From contig JALMLS010000579.1 in NCBI GenBank assembly GCA_038496445.1, forward strand, positions 372,001-436,000: a stretch of 64,000 bases of DNA, in the 5' to 3' direction. This document shows, in pieces, positions 38,430 through 51,136 of this stretch (position 1 is its first letter; each line of letters starts with the position of its first letter). The notes beneath the pieces were generated by a model, which had not been told where the DNA came from, did not search any database, and saw nothing but the letters and a program-made list of their open reading frames with translations. Source of the DNA: Trichosphaerium sp. ATCC 40318. Lineage: Eukaryota; Protista; Tubulinea. The translations under genes were made by a program, and so were the position numbers.

Positions 38430-39327
38430 ATTATTAACTATTAGGCTACACAATGTTTGACGGATAATAAAGTAAATATGAAAGACACGTGGGTTTGAAC
38501 TACTTTCGCGAAATGGTAGAGCCACGATTGACTAAAATAAAGAGGTGTTTCTCGCAAAAATGTTGTACAAAAGGCAGCAACCACGTGATGCACTTACAAT
38601 GTTTTGTGAAGTAACGCAGTGGTGATATCTCATATCAACAATTTTGATGAAAAATGCATTGAATTGTCGACATGTCTGATCAACAATCCAAAAACAATGG
38701 ATCTAAGATCATTTCTCCTTTACTTGTTACAATCGTTCGTATACGTATCCCAATACAATCAAAGGAGTTTAAGGTTTTCGGCATTGTTAATTCAAAACAA
38801 AATTGAACAAGAGTTTGAGTTTAGTGTCATCTACGACACATGCTCTTTGTTTAGCGTTCCTGCAGAATGGAAATCTTGCTGTATCTATGTAGGAAGAAAG
38901 TGACAACAGGGAGGGAATGGTACAGACATTTGGACCTGAACCAGGTTGCACTCTCGTGCGTTTTAAACTAAAGACATTTGTTTTGATTCCAGTGACGCCA
39001 ATGATACTTGATAAGCTCTCGTAACACATGGCATAGCAAAAAAACCAAAAGAAGTACAAGAGCACAAACCCTTTCAGCAAGGTAAGATGAATGCAATCTT
39101 TCTTCTCTCGGCTCATTTGATCAGTCGGTTGGAGTGAGATTCAGATAAACAAACAAATTATTACACAGTCGCTCTGAATCTACTTTTAATTGATACAATG
39201 GCGTCTTTTGAAGACTTGTAGATTTGTATTTAAGCAAGGCAAAGAAAGCATTGAAAAATCATTGCTTTTGGTGACTTAACTTAAGTACGTACATTGCACC
39301 TCTCACTCGATTGGAGTTGTTAGGAGC

Positions 39328-40484
39328 ATGAAAAAGCGAGCTTGGTGCGTATGACTTTAATTAATTACAACTAACTCGTTGGCTCCAGTAACGTTACCAA
39401 TGACACGGCAACCCTTCTTTCGTTACCTCCAGAGACTCTCGCATTCATCTTCCACTATTTAAAACGAACACGCTTCTCTGTGGCCCAGTCATGTTGGCAC
39501 TTGGCGCATGTTATACACAAGCACGTAGGATACCCAGAAATAATACTTAGAGCAAAACAAGATATTGACGTTCTAGTGTTAATTCCATCGTTACTAAAAA
39601 ACACGCCAATAACTTTTAAGCAATACAAACAAGTAAGAGATAAGGAAATAATGAAGCTAGCAGGAGTCCACGAAATTAACCTAAACTGGTGCAGCTTCCT
39701 TTCACATAAAGGTGTAAGCGCACTAAAAGGCGTACATACAATAGACCTAAGCTATAGCCAAATCTCAGATAAATCCCTTCCTTCAATGGTCGGTGTTCAC
39801 TCAATCAATTTAAACGCTTGCAGAAAAATAACAGATGAAGGTGTCAAACATCTTGCAGGTGCACATACCGTTAAACTGGCTTACTGTCAGAATGTTACAG
39901 ATGAGGGTATTATACAACTATCAGGTGCACATACAATCAATCTATCGTCTTGTAAAGTAACAGACAAAGGATTAAAAGCTCTTATTGGCGTACATGATAT
40001 AAACTTAAGTTTTTGTAAAAACATTACAGACGAAGGTGTAAAGTGTCTTGCTGGTGTACACACTATTGATCTATCAAGATGTAAGAACATTACAGATGTA
40101 AGCTGTTTCTCACTTAAAGGAGTACACACAATCTCACTTGTTGGATGTAAAGTCACTGATAAAGGAATTAAGCACCTTGCAGGTGCTTATAGTATTAATT
40201 TACAACAAACGAGGGTAACAGACAAAGGTGTTACGGAGTTAGCTGGTGTTCATACTATAAGTCTATCTCAGTGTAGAGTATCTAATGTGGGTATTATATC
40301 GCTTGTAGGTGTACATAGTATTAATCTTTGTCGTACAAGAGTTACTTATCATGGTCTTAAACAACTTATGGGAGTTAAGAATATTACATTATGTGGATGT
40401 AATTATGCTCATCTTACTGACTCTGAGATTGATAAACTACAGGCAGATATTGAGTTAAAGGCATGTCGCACTTGTAAGATCTAG
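39328..40484 (+). CDS. F-box + cysteine-containing LRR protein, 2 exons
   Basis: MKKRA|CNVTNDTATLLSLPPETLAFIFHYL through a short GT-AG intron; about 12 repeats of LAGVHTI(D/N)LSxCxxITDxG. Confidence 0.85.
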
Positions 40485-41084
40485 GTAGTATTAAAAATAA
40501 ACGTAAAATAGTAGAACCAGTTTCACAAGTTAAAGACTTCAACAAAAATATTTGGGATAAATTTGAAGCCTTACTCATTTTTGGCTACGTCACTTTCAGC
40601 AAAATGTCGAATCCAACGGAAATAACCAATAAAGAAAATTGACATTCTAGTCAAAGGATTATGAGTTGGTACTTTTGTGAATTTATTAGAGCTGGCAACG
40701 GCCACTCCGACTAGGGTAAACCCGAGTTACAGCACCAGACCTATGGAAAAAGCACAAGAGGTAAAAAAGTACCTACAAAAGAACACCCACTGCAACATTA
40801 TTATGTTCGTAACTAAGAAAGCATACGTCACATCGCTGACAACATGTCATTGAAAAATAAACAAAACATACAAGTGCCAAAAAAAAAGCGTGTTCATGTA
40901 CAAAAAAAAGGGTCACACGCCCCTTTACAACAAATAAAAAAAAAGTTTCCCAAAAACAAAGTCAAAATGTTATCTTCTTCTCCTTCATTTTCTGGGTAAT
41001 CAACTTCAGTTCCCATAACTCCAAATCTATCTAGTAGCAAAACCACAAAAAGCGCTACCATTGAACAAATATAATAATATTTAA

Positions 41085-43320
41085 TCAATCACGAACAATA
41101 ACCTTGTCAAGAGCATCACGCCATTTTTGTGGATCCTTATTGATATGATCCTCCAAAACATAAGTCCTCTTTGGGACATGTATACACCAACTGATATTAT
41201 TCTTAATCTCAACCTTTAGATCCTTTGATAATGGTATCTCCCCTTTTTGCTTCATCTTGTCATCATCAATATAAATAAGACGTGGAGTATTCGTAAGAAG
41301 AAACATTCTTCTTTTTCTTGTAAATTTTCTTTTTTTTATCATAATAGCAGAATAAACGATATCCTCGTCTTCATCCAAAAAGTGTTTCCACTTCTTTCTC
41401 ATTTCTTCCTTCTCTTGACGTGCACGCTCCATTTCCTCTCTAAGAACATCTTCTGGGAATACAAGCTTGGTAGGAAATGGCACAAACGTAGGAGGTGTAA
41501 CATCATTCAAATTATCCCAATCAATTTTGCTAAAGAAAGCATGGCTCTTGAGTTGTTCGTAACTCTTGGCGCCTAGCCTCTCTTCAGGGTCTCTCTTGAG
41601 TAATTTATCTATAAGATCACGAGCAACCGATGGGAATCCTTCAGGGTACACAACCTCAGCAGTCTTCACTTTTTGAATTGTGAGGTATTGATTGGCTCCT
41701 CTGAAAGGAGGACGACCTGCGATGAGCTGGTAAAGGATGCACCCAATCGCCCAAAGATCGGACGCAAAGCAAGCGTAGCTCTTCTATAGAAAATCATGAG
41801 TCAAAAAAACCACACAGACAAACAATAACGAAGAAAGAAAAAAAACGGAAACAAACGAAGACAAAAAGTGCGTACATCGCCTTGTAAAAGTTCAGGAGAT
41901 ATATATTCAGGTGTCCCAGTGAAGGAGTTTGCGCGAGCACGTTTATCTACAGTACCAAGGTCCTATACATTAAAAGTTATTAGCGACAACCAATCAACAA
42001 AAAAATAAAAATTTTAATAAAAAAAATCTCCAAAAACAGCCTCCTCGCTTCAACGTACCTTGGCAGTACCAAAATCGGTTACTTTAACGTGAAAGTCCTC
42101 TGATACAAGAATATCTCAACACAGTCAAAGAAATTAAAAAAACACCACGTGGCTGTTTACCAAGCGACAAAAAAAATCAAAAAAGAAGACAAAGCTCGAA
42201 ACAGAGATCACTTTCGTGCAGTTTTTCTAAAATAGAAAAAATTTGTCCGCTTGGAACTGAAAAAACAAAAAATCTCAAAATATCGGATACTCTCAGGCTT
42301 AACATCCCTAAACACATGCGTCAATGACACTTATAGTAAGACGAGATGTAGGAGGTACCTGTGTATAATCCCAAGTGAGTGAAGGTATTCAATAGCTATA
42401 ATAAGCTCTGCAATATAAAATGCGGCAACAGGTAGATCAAAGCTTTTGTGCTAATACGTCAATAAGATCCAATCTCGGCTTATTCTTCCGAAAAAACTGA
42501 AAACAAAAAAAAAGTAGGTTTAAACCTGAATTCCCCTTTTTTTACGTTTGCTGTGTCTCAATTGGCGTACCTTTCTTAGATGTGTAAGGAGTTCTCCTTC
42601 GCTAGCGAGTTCAAGGACGTAATCTTGGATTTGGTCAAGGTAAAGATAGAAAACAGAAAAAAAGACAGTTTCCTCTCAAAAAAAGCTAACGGCTGGATAC
42701 ATAAGTTCTCCGCAGATTGGAACGTATTGTATAGTTTAATGATGTTAGGGTGCTTAGCCTGTTTTAAAAAAGGGGTAATTAGTAATGCGCATTTGTTGGT
42801 TTTGTTGTTGAAGTGTTGATCTTGAAATAGTTTTTTTGGTACCTTGCAGAGTATGTCACGCTCTGTGGTGACATATTTTCGCTTTTTCTCCTTGGTGATG
42901 TGTTGTTTGTTCAGGATTTTAATTGCTACCTATTGAGGCGTCAGTGAGCGAAAAGAAGTGGTAAAAGGATAAAGTTTGCCGTTGTATTTACGCCTTAAAA
43001 TTAGACAAAAATAAGCTTCTTGCCAGAAGCACCCGGATTTTTAGTAAATTAGATGCCGTGACATCCAACAGCTAACGTTAGCCAGATTTGTGAAAGTTTA
43101 GGTTTTGGCGTTTAACAAAGCTGGAATTGTATCAATACGCGCCTTTCTACCACTGTCTTTCTCAGTAGCGAATCGTACAGCGCCAAAGGCTCCTTCACCA
43201 ATAGTATCTCCCCATTCATACGCGTTTTCTCTCTTCACCTTTCCCTCTGGCGAGAGTGTTATAAAATGGTATGTGTGTAAAATTCAATTGTAAACGTAAA
43301 ATAGTGTATTTACCAGCCAT
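41085..43320 (-). CDS. PDK1: 3-phosphoinositide-dependent protein kinase 1 (kinase + PH domain)
   Basis: IGEGAFG, VAIKIL, HRDVKPEN, DFGTAK, RANSFTGTPEYISPE, PFRGANQYLTIQKV; C-terminal PH RRMFLLTNTPRLIYID..KGEIP..KRTY. Confidence 0.92.
42115..42290 (-). other. Putative U12-type GT-AG intron in PDK1 (in the KPEN codon)
   Basis: Donor GTATCCGA; TTCTTTGAC branch-like sequence with its A 11 nt before a GAG acceptor; no pyrimidine tract; removal restores RDVKPENIL. Confidence 0.65.
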
Positions 43321-43538
43321 TTTTAATGTTAACTGCCTGTCACAACCAAATATAGCGCCGTGTTTAGCAGTTCATGTAATTAACGCGTGTGCGATTGTTT
43401 TAAAGCCCATAGTTGACTTTTCTTGATACAAGTTTTTTTAAAGTAGCTCTACGATACATTTGCACTCCCATGGACGTGCAGGGTTTACCAGTTATTTAGA
43501 AGCGCTGTATTGAACTCGAAAAAAAATATCCTAACGAC

Positions 43539-46500
43539 ATGGAGCTTGCTCCGACGACAGAAATCACCCAAGTCCCATCTTCAGGCAAGGTTGGTGGTGC
43601 TGGTATCCATGAATGCAACGGTATGAATTAATTGTTAGTGGTGTATCAAATTTCTGTTTTAAAGTAACAAACCAACGCGCACATAACATTACTACCTTTT
43701 TAACCTAAAGACTTTTGCGTTGTGGCTCGTTACGCGCCTAAACAATCGCTGATTCAATATGTGTGACTCTTATACCGCCTTCAGTTTCGGAATTGGCTCA
43801 GGCGTTTACTACGAAACAGTCAAGCGCCATTATTTCACAGATTGATTCGTACATACACAAAATGACGCGAAGCGGTTCTGTAGATGATAAGCTAACGCTA
43901 CATAACTTTTTCCGATCTCTGTTGGTTCAGCCACCCTTTTGTTATATTTCTCATTTCTGGCGCATCTACTTTATGCACGCCATTAAAGCTAAGCGTGAGC
44001 GCAATCTGCGTGAGAGCACAGCAAGTGGTGTCGCCGATACCTCGAATACAATCACTGGTACTTTATCTAACACACCGTTTTTCGCTGCACAAACGTACAA
44101 GCTTTTGACGTGGACGCTGTTTTTTTTATATCCCTTACAACTGACATCTTCAAACTAAATTCTTTTTTTCTTTGCTTTTTTAGAAGCACCACTAGAAACG
44201 GAGTTTGAGAATAGTGTGCTGCAACTTTGTTGCTGGGATATAGCAAAGATGTATTTAGATTATCTTCGGGATTGTTACAATCTATTTGATCTTACAGGAA
44301 GTCTTATGAACACTCCTAAAGACCAAGTTGTTGAACTATTGAGGTGCTGTAATATTTCTTTTTTTTTTCCATTTTTCAACATTTTGACACATTGCAATGA
44401 AATGTATTTTTTTAAATTTCGTTTCAATAGCTTATAACACGTTCATCAATGGTGACTATGTATAAACATGTATTTTTTATAATTTATCTGTCTGCCAAGA
44501 CGGTTATTTTTAACGTTTTTTTTCACGAGTATTTTTTCGCTTTTTTTGAATCTTTCTTCTTTGCTCTTTCTGTTACACTCTTACAATTGTTTTTTTTTAA
44601 AACTTATCGTTGCTGCGTGTAATATTATAGTATTATAAGCCATTGAACGTCTTGACGTTCATAAACATTTCAACGAATTTTCCTTTTCTTTGCCGAACTT
44701 AGCAAACTCACATTGTATATGTAGTCATTTGGAAGTTGTTATTCAAGCCGTTGGATGTACTGTAGATTCTTACCAACTATGGGAGGCAAGACCAACTCAC
44801 TTTTTTATTTTTTTTAACGTCTGTTTGATATCTAAACACGTGTTGCGTGTTTCTTTGGCTGAACTGCATTCTATGATATATATCTATCTTATTTTCAATC
44901 ACAAGGATATTAATTAAAGTTATTAGGCGTTTCTATCAGGTCTCATTGCTGTTGAACGTTTCGAGGATGCCATTTGTGTTCTTGAATATTTGCACTCAGT
45001 ACCTATTTTAGAAAAATCTTCTGTTAGTACATTACTTGCACTTCCCATATTACAAAACATAACAGAGGTACGCTAGATCATATTCATACATGAACTGCAT
45101 CACATGGGATTGCGTAATAATTGGATCTTTTTCCGGCTTGAACTGTATCCTCTAAAGCATTGCTTTGGACATCTTTAATATTTGTACTTTGTGTTCTTAC
45201 GTTTTCTCTGTTTTGAAGGAATCAATGAAGCAACGCTTGTCTGTAATGGTTGATGGTGATACTATTATTGATGGTAATCAATTACTACAGCGTCGGTTAT
45301 TTGGAAATAAGATAAGCACCTTTCGGTTAAAAAAACTGGAATCTCAATCGTCCTTGAAGGTAAACGTTTTATATAATTATGTACCGCGTTACTCATAATA
45401 ATGGCACCTTATAACAACACACAAGTACGTAATAAAGCCTTATAGTTTATGTTTATACTAAGAGCATATATCTAGGCAGCTGAAGAGTTACAAAATGGCT
45501 TACGAAGCATTTTTTTTTTTGATTTTGTTTTTGTTGTGTTGTTTTTTGTTTTGGTTTTGGTTCAAAGGGGGGTTTATATCTTGTTTTCAATAGGATTGTT
45601 TATATTTCTTGTGGGTGCTAAGGGATTTTTTATTTTAGGAACAATACGATTTGTACATAGAAGAGATTTCACGTCTAGCAAAAATTGAAGATGCTTTACC
45701 TGTTAATTTAAAAGCAAGATTATCTTGTTGGGGTGTCGATATGGCTGGTTATATGTGTAGGGAGCTTATATCTGTATTACTTCAGCATAGTGCTGTATCA
45801 TCATATCTTGTCCCCGAGGCTTTGGATGCTTATATAGCTCGACTAACGGCATTGTTCAAAAAGTACAAGAAAAAACCCAAGTTTCTGATTTTTATTAAAG
45901 TTATCCTAAACTATTGCTTAGGGATCATGAAAGTCGCTTATTATGTAATGAAATGGTCCGTGTGCGTGATTTAGTTTCATCTAAACTGGATAATCCATCT
46001 TTTGGATGTAATACTCTTGCATGGACATGCGTAGTTAAGCTTGAAGAAAATATTTATGGTGACATTATAAAGCGGAGTCAAAGCGATGCATTAGCAGCAG
46101 CTAAAAAGTAATCAAGCATATAGAAAATATATTTATAGCTAACACACGTCTTAGGGTGTTACATTCAGCGTTTACTAAGCATGATTGGAAGGTAAACAAA
46201 TGATAAAAATGTTGAACTCTTAGCCTAACTTTTTTTTTTCTCAACAAAAAGGCCTTCCCACCACCTACACTCACATCTGCTCTTGGCAAAATAGAGTTTC
46301 TATTAAGTTCTCAGGAGCCTTCAAAGGGTGTCCAAGCTGTAAGATTAGTATACCAAGAAGCAATAGATAAATGGAAAGCAAAAGACGATTACTCTACGGT
46401 ATCTTTTATCCTTCTTTATACTATTTGAAAGAACGTTGCTCTTAGAATATTATTTAGGAATTACTATCTCTTTATGAGTCTTGGGCTAATTTTGTGATAC

Positions 46501-49500
46501 AATTAAGGCAGTTTAAGTCAGCACGTCAAATTTTTGAAGACGGTTTATCTGATTTTCGGATTAACAAACAACCTCGTCTTTGGAGGTCGTATTTGAAATA
46601 TAGTATTGATAGGCGTAAGATTAAGCAAACACGTAATCTATTTGCTCGTGCATTAGGTTCTGTAGAGGTATGTTTTGAACGAAGAGAACATGTATTTGTT
46701 TTTTTTGCACGTTTTCTTGTTCACTTAATTTGTTTTGTCTGTGCACGTTTTTTTTGGGTTGGCTGGTGTAAAAGTTTATTAAGAGTGTATTTATGCTTGA
46801 CACCAATTTTTTTGCGATGAATGTTAGAGTTAATGATTGTATTAGTCTGAACAAGATGATATATGGAACGATTTTTTATCTTTTGAACAAGCGAATGGTT
46901 TACCTTCTCTTACACTTCCTGAGCTCAAACAAATGGTTGAAAGTCGAAACACCACACCCAAATCGCAAAATCAAAGAGGTATACATATAAAACAATTGTG
47001 TCAAGGTTTAACATCCTATAGGATGGTGGCCATCCTCTCGTTCAATTCTTGAAAAAGCAAAATCAATGAACATTGCCACTAGTGAAGCTACTTCACTTAA
47101 AGCCAACAATAGCACTCCCTTCCCACATGGTAGTGAAGGTACGATAATATTACACTTGAATCACTGATACTTGATGTAGTAAGTCAAACTGACACTATCT
47201 CACAAACCACACTTGTAAATAAAAATCAAAACAACACAAACACACAACACAATAAGCCAGGTGCGACCAAACGCATATCGCCTGACACAAATACTGCTGT
47301 AGTAAATCAACCGGAAGGGATGGCTTTGCCATCCATTGATGAACAACAAGATACTACAATGAAAGACCAACCCACCGGTACATGAAAAGAAGGGTAAATT
47401 GTTAAATTCTTACCGAACTTCTGTAGAAACACATGATTTTTCGTCGCCTTCAGGCGGCTTTGAATATCGATTAGACGATGGAAATGTACTCGGAGAAGCT
47501 GAAGCAGAGAGAGAGGATGCGAATCACCGACGAGCTGTTTCTTATGATGAAATTTCTGTACTGGCTTCTTTGTGCTTTATCATATTGTGTTTGGTTGACT
47601 TAAGTTAGATGGATGACGTTCCTTCAGTTAAAGATGAAGCAATGCCTGATAGGCGTAATGGAACAAAAAGATCTCATGATGATACGAATGGATCATCTAA
47701 TGATCGTTTTGAGTTTACTGTTTGGCGACCAAGTGATACAGATGGAACACCACCAACTAAGAAACAAAAAACAAATATCCTCTTTATTTTTTTTCAATTT
47801 CACAAAAAAACAACGTTTCATGTTGCATCTTGGTTGATACTGATCTTTTTTTCTCTTTAACTTTATCACAGCAAACCGGTAAAGTAATAACTACTATTGG
47901 TGACTTGTATAGTTCCGTTGGGTAGGATAGCATTCGAATACCCGTTCTTTGATTTCTTCTTTTTTTCTTTCGTTTTTGAAAAGAATTGTTAGCATTCTGA
48001 CACCTATTCAGAGCTGATATACCATCACCTGTTCTAAAGAAACCCAAACAACAGAAAAAAAAGAAACCACAGCCACCTGTTCCAAAGAAGCCCAAACAGC
48101 AGAAAAAAAAGAAATCACCTGTTGTAAAATCTCCAGTGAAGGAAAAGAGGAGTAAGACTGGTGCACAGATATTTCCCAGACCCAAAAAACACAACACCAA
48201 TCGTCCTGCTCAGCATGATGAAGGTTTCAGTCTAGATAAACGATTTGTTTCTGCGCTATTCCCACAAGGGTACAAGATAATCTAGGTTATGATGGTACTA
48301 ATCAGTTGCCTTGTTCTCAGAGCTGAGGATAACACTGAAGGAAAAAGATTGGATATAAATGAAAGAAGCGAACTTGAACAAATTCAATCGATGTTGTTGC
48401 GTAAAAAGAAGAGCCAAGGCCATAATTCTCAGCAAAGGGTTGTCAATCAGAAAGTTGATTTATCACAGCCATTGGGTACCACGTGACAATTTCTTATCGG
48501 AGTTATTAATACGGCTTTAGACTTGGTTTCTCAGTTGACTGAGGTTTTTGAAGATGAGACTATTCTACAGATTGTTGAGCACTTGGAGAATCTTCAGGTA
48601 CCGAGCAAACTCTTTCGCTTTGAGATTTAAGGTGTATACAAACTCTTTACATACTAATAATTTTGAATAGAGAATGAAGGAGCAAGATATTGCAGATAGG
48701 AGGATAGCTCTTATTAAGGATTGTGACTTAAAACAACAACAACTTGAACAATCACATACGTAAGTCTCAAGCTTCCCATGTTTACTGCTGTTACCTTTTC
48801 TCGCATGTTACTTACTCTTTGCTCCTTTGTAGTATGTTTTTGGCCAATGCACCACACAACCAAGTAAACTTTGTCCGTCAGAACACAGCAAATGAAAAAC
48901 AAGCACGAACAAACCTCTTACAATTATTTCTTTGTCTTTCAGGTTTTTCTGATTTTGTATTCTCTTTTTTTAGCGTTTTATCGAGTCTGTTCGTCAACAA
49001 CTTCATGCATTTGATATGGACGCACAGCGTCAACTTGATGAAGCTACACATCAACAACAGGAGGTTCTGCAACAAGCAGGAATCCTTGGTTTCTTCCCTA
49101 CACATGATCCTCAGCAAATAGCATTACAAGCTCAGATTCTTGCTCTCATAGTAAACACAAGTACGTCATCTTACTTAAAGTCCATATAACTTTTACTCAA
49201 CTATCACTAGTTCGTACTAAGCGTGAAGGGAAACCTAGACCGTCCATTCCTACAGCTCAAAGTGTTGGTAAGTACAAGTCAAAAACAAGAAAGAGAAAAG
49301 TCTCACTAATATTTTTACTTCATTATAGGACCTCTTGTACAGACTATTCCTCAACCAGTTATGCAACCAAATAATGTCGATGCATTCTCCCAGATTGCTC
49401 AGCTTTTAGCGAACAATAATATTGTTACAGCACCTCATCCTCCAAAGGTTTCTCATATCCCACAACAAGTTCAACAACCACCTACAATGCAGATGAATCA

Positions 49501-49950
49501 CATGGGCCAACAACAAGGGATACCTCAAATGTCTTCACAATCAGTTCAACAAATAATGTCACAGCTTATGCCTCTTGTTCAACAACAACCTTTACAGAGT
49601 AACATACAAGTACCGCCACCGATACAACAACACAGTCAGCACCGCCACAATTACTCAAAGTGCGTTTTCCTTGCTTTTTTTCTGCTTTTTTAGGGTTGTC
49701 GTTCTTAGCTTATCGTTGTTTTAGTCAGAATGTTGGTTATAATAATTATCAACAGCAACATCCTCAACCTCTTCAGCATCAACAAATGCCTAGTATTGAT
49801 ATGCAGACATCACAACTGTTACAACAAATCAATTCTACACTTGCTGGACAGCAACAACCGCAACAGTTTATGAATGGTGGAGGCTTTCATCAGCAGTACA
49901 ATAATGGACATCATAATCATAATAACCCTAACAATAACGGTTACTTTTGA
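43539..49950 (+). CDS. Large HAT-repeat protein with Lys-rich linker, DGCR6-like domain and Q/N-rich tail, multi-exon
   Basis: HAT-like ARQIFEDGL..RLWRSYLKY..RNLFARAL..IWNDFLSFE; DGCR6-like EDETILQIVEHLENLQ...QQQEVLQQAGILGFFPTHDPQQIALQAQILALI; could be two genes. Confidence 0.6.
47775..47869 (+). other. Putative U12-type AT-AC (or AT-AG, ending 47871) intron
   Basis: ATATCCTC donor exactly where coding composition switches to T-rich; TCTTTAAC branch site; TATCAC/AG end; followed by a 7-9-nt micro-exon. Confidence 0.7.
48026..48121 (+). repeat. 48-nt coding tandem duplication (PVxKKPKQQKKKK x2)
   Basis: cacctgttc.aaagaa.cccaaaca.cagaaaaaaaagaaa at 48026 and 48074. Confidence 0.85.
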
Positions 49951-51136
49951 TGTATATGTGCTTGATCAATGTTTTAGTTTTCAGTTTCTTGTATCTTCTT
50001 TTTTTGGTCGGACGCAGAGAAGAACACTTTTCATGTCATGTGATGAAACCCATAATAATAAAAAATAGTGTAATTTTATGAGCTCGGACGTTTTGCTCAC
50101 CAAGATTGTCTTTTTAATATTGTTGCCCACCTTTACATTTGTTTTCAAAGGGACGTATATAGTTCCAGAATATTACGTAGTTCCGCAATTTCTTGACTTT
50201 TTGCAACCAAAATATCACCCAAATTTGCGCCAGAAATCTGACCGAGAAAAAAAATTACAGAACTAATGTCACAAGAGTTTTCATCAAATATGGACAACCA
50301 TTGCGCTTAGTATTCCCAACAACGTACATTGAAAAGTTAATCAACATAGTAGCGACGGTCTCCTATAAAACTGCTACAATTCCCATCAATTTTCAGAAAG
50401 TAGGAATGGAGTTCTGTTTTTAGACTTTTTTTTTGTGTTTTATAAAAAACTGCTTTGTATTCACTACAACAACATCATACATACTTCTTATTGGTATATT
50501 ATGAATACCACAATAAAAAAACCTCCTGACAATGCAACTATAAAACCACAAACACAAATTTCTTTCATCGAAGAACCGTGCATCAGCACTGAGCTCTCGG
50601 ATTAGCAGATATTACTGCATTGATTTTAAAGGTGACATTATAACCTATCGCTGTCACCTTTAGATATAACATCAAGCAAAAACCTATGAGTAATACTGCT
50701 AGAAAAAGTCCGGAGATGCTCAGGCAGATGTCAATAAAAATCTTCACTCGGTGCTCCAATGTCCAAATTGTGTCAAGATAAAGGCATTCTCAAGAATATG
50801 CAAGGCGTCGCTGTTTAGCAACACCATCAATTTGAAGAATGCCATGTGTCTCACCCTTAAAACTCATAATTCTAACGGGGAGGCACAAAGTCAGGCATGG
50901 ACTCAATCACCTTTTGTTCTTTTTTCTTCAAAGTTTTAACAATGGGCCTTCACGTGCTATTCAAGACACTTTTTGCCTAAACACCTCATATAGCAACGTT
51001 TTTGATAGTCTATTGCAATTTTATTCGTGGGTTTGGAATGATAGAAAGTCGTGCTGTGTTCATCACTCAGTCATAGATTTTCTTGCACCATGCTCACTTT
51101 TTTTCAAATAAAAACTGCCCGGCATAAACCGAAACA

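Noticed and set aside
50000-51100. Short ORFs between the HAT gene and the Rab (similarly 38600-39116)
   Set aside because: No recognisable motifs or consistent exon chain; possibly decayed genes but not supportable.
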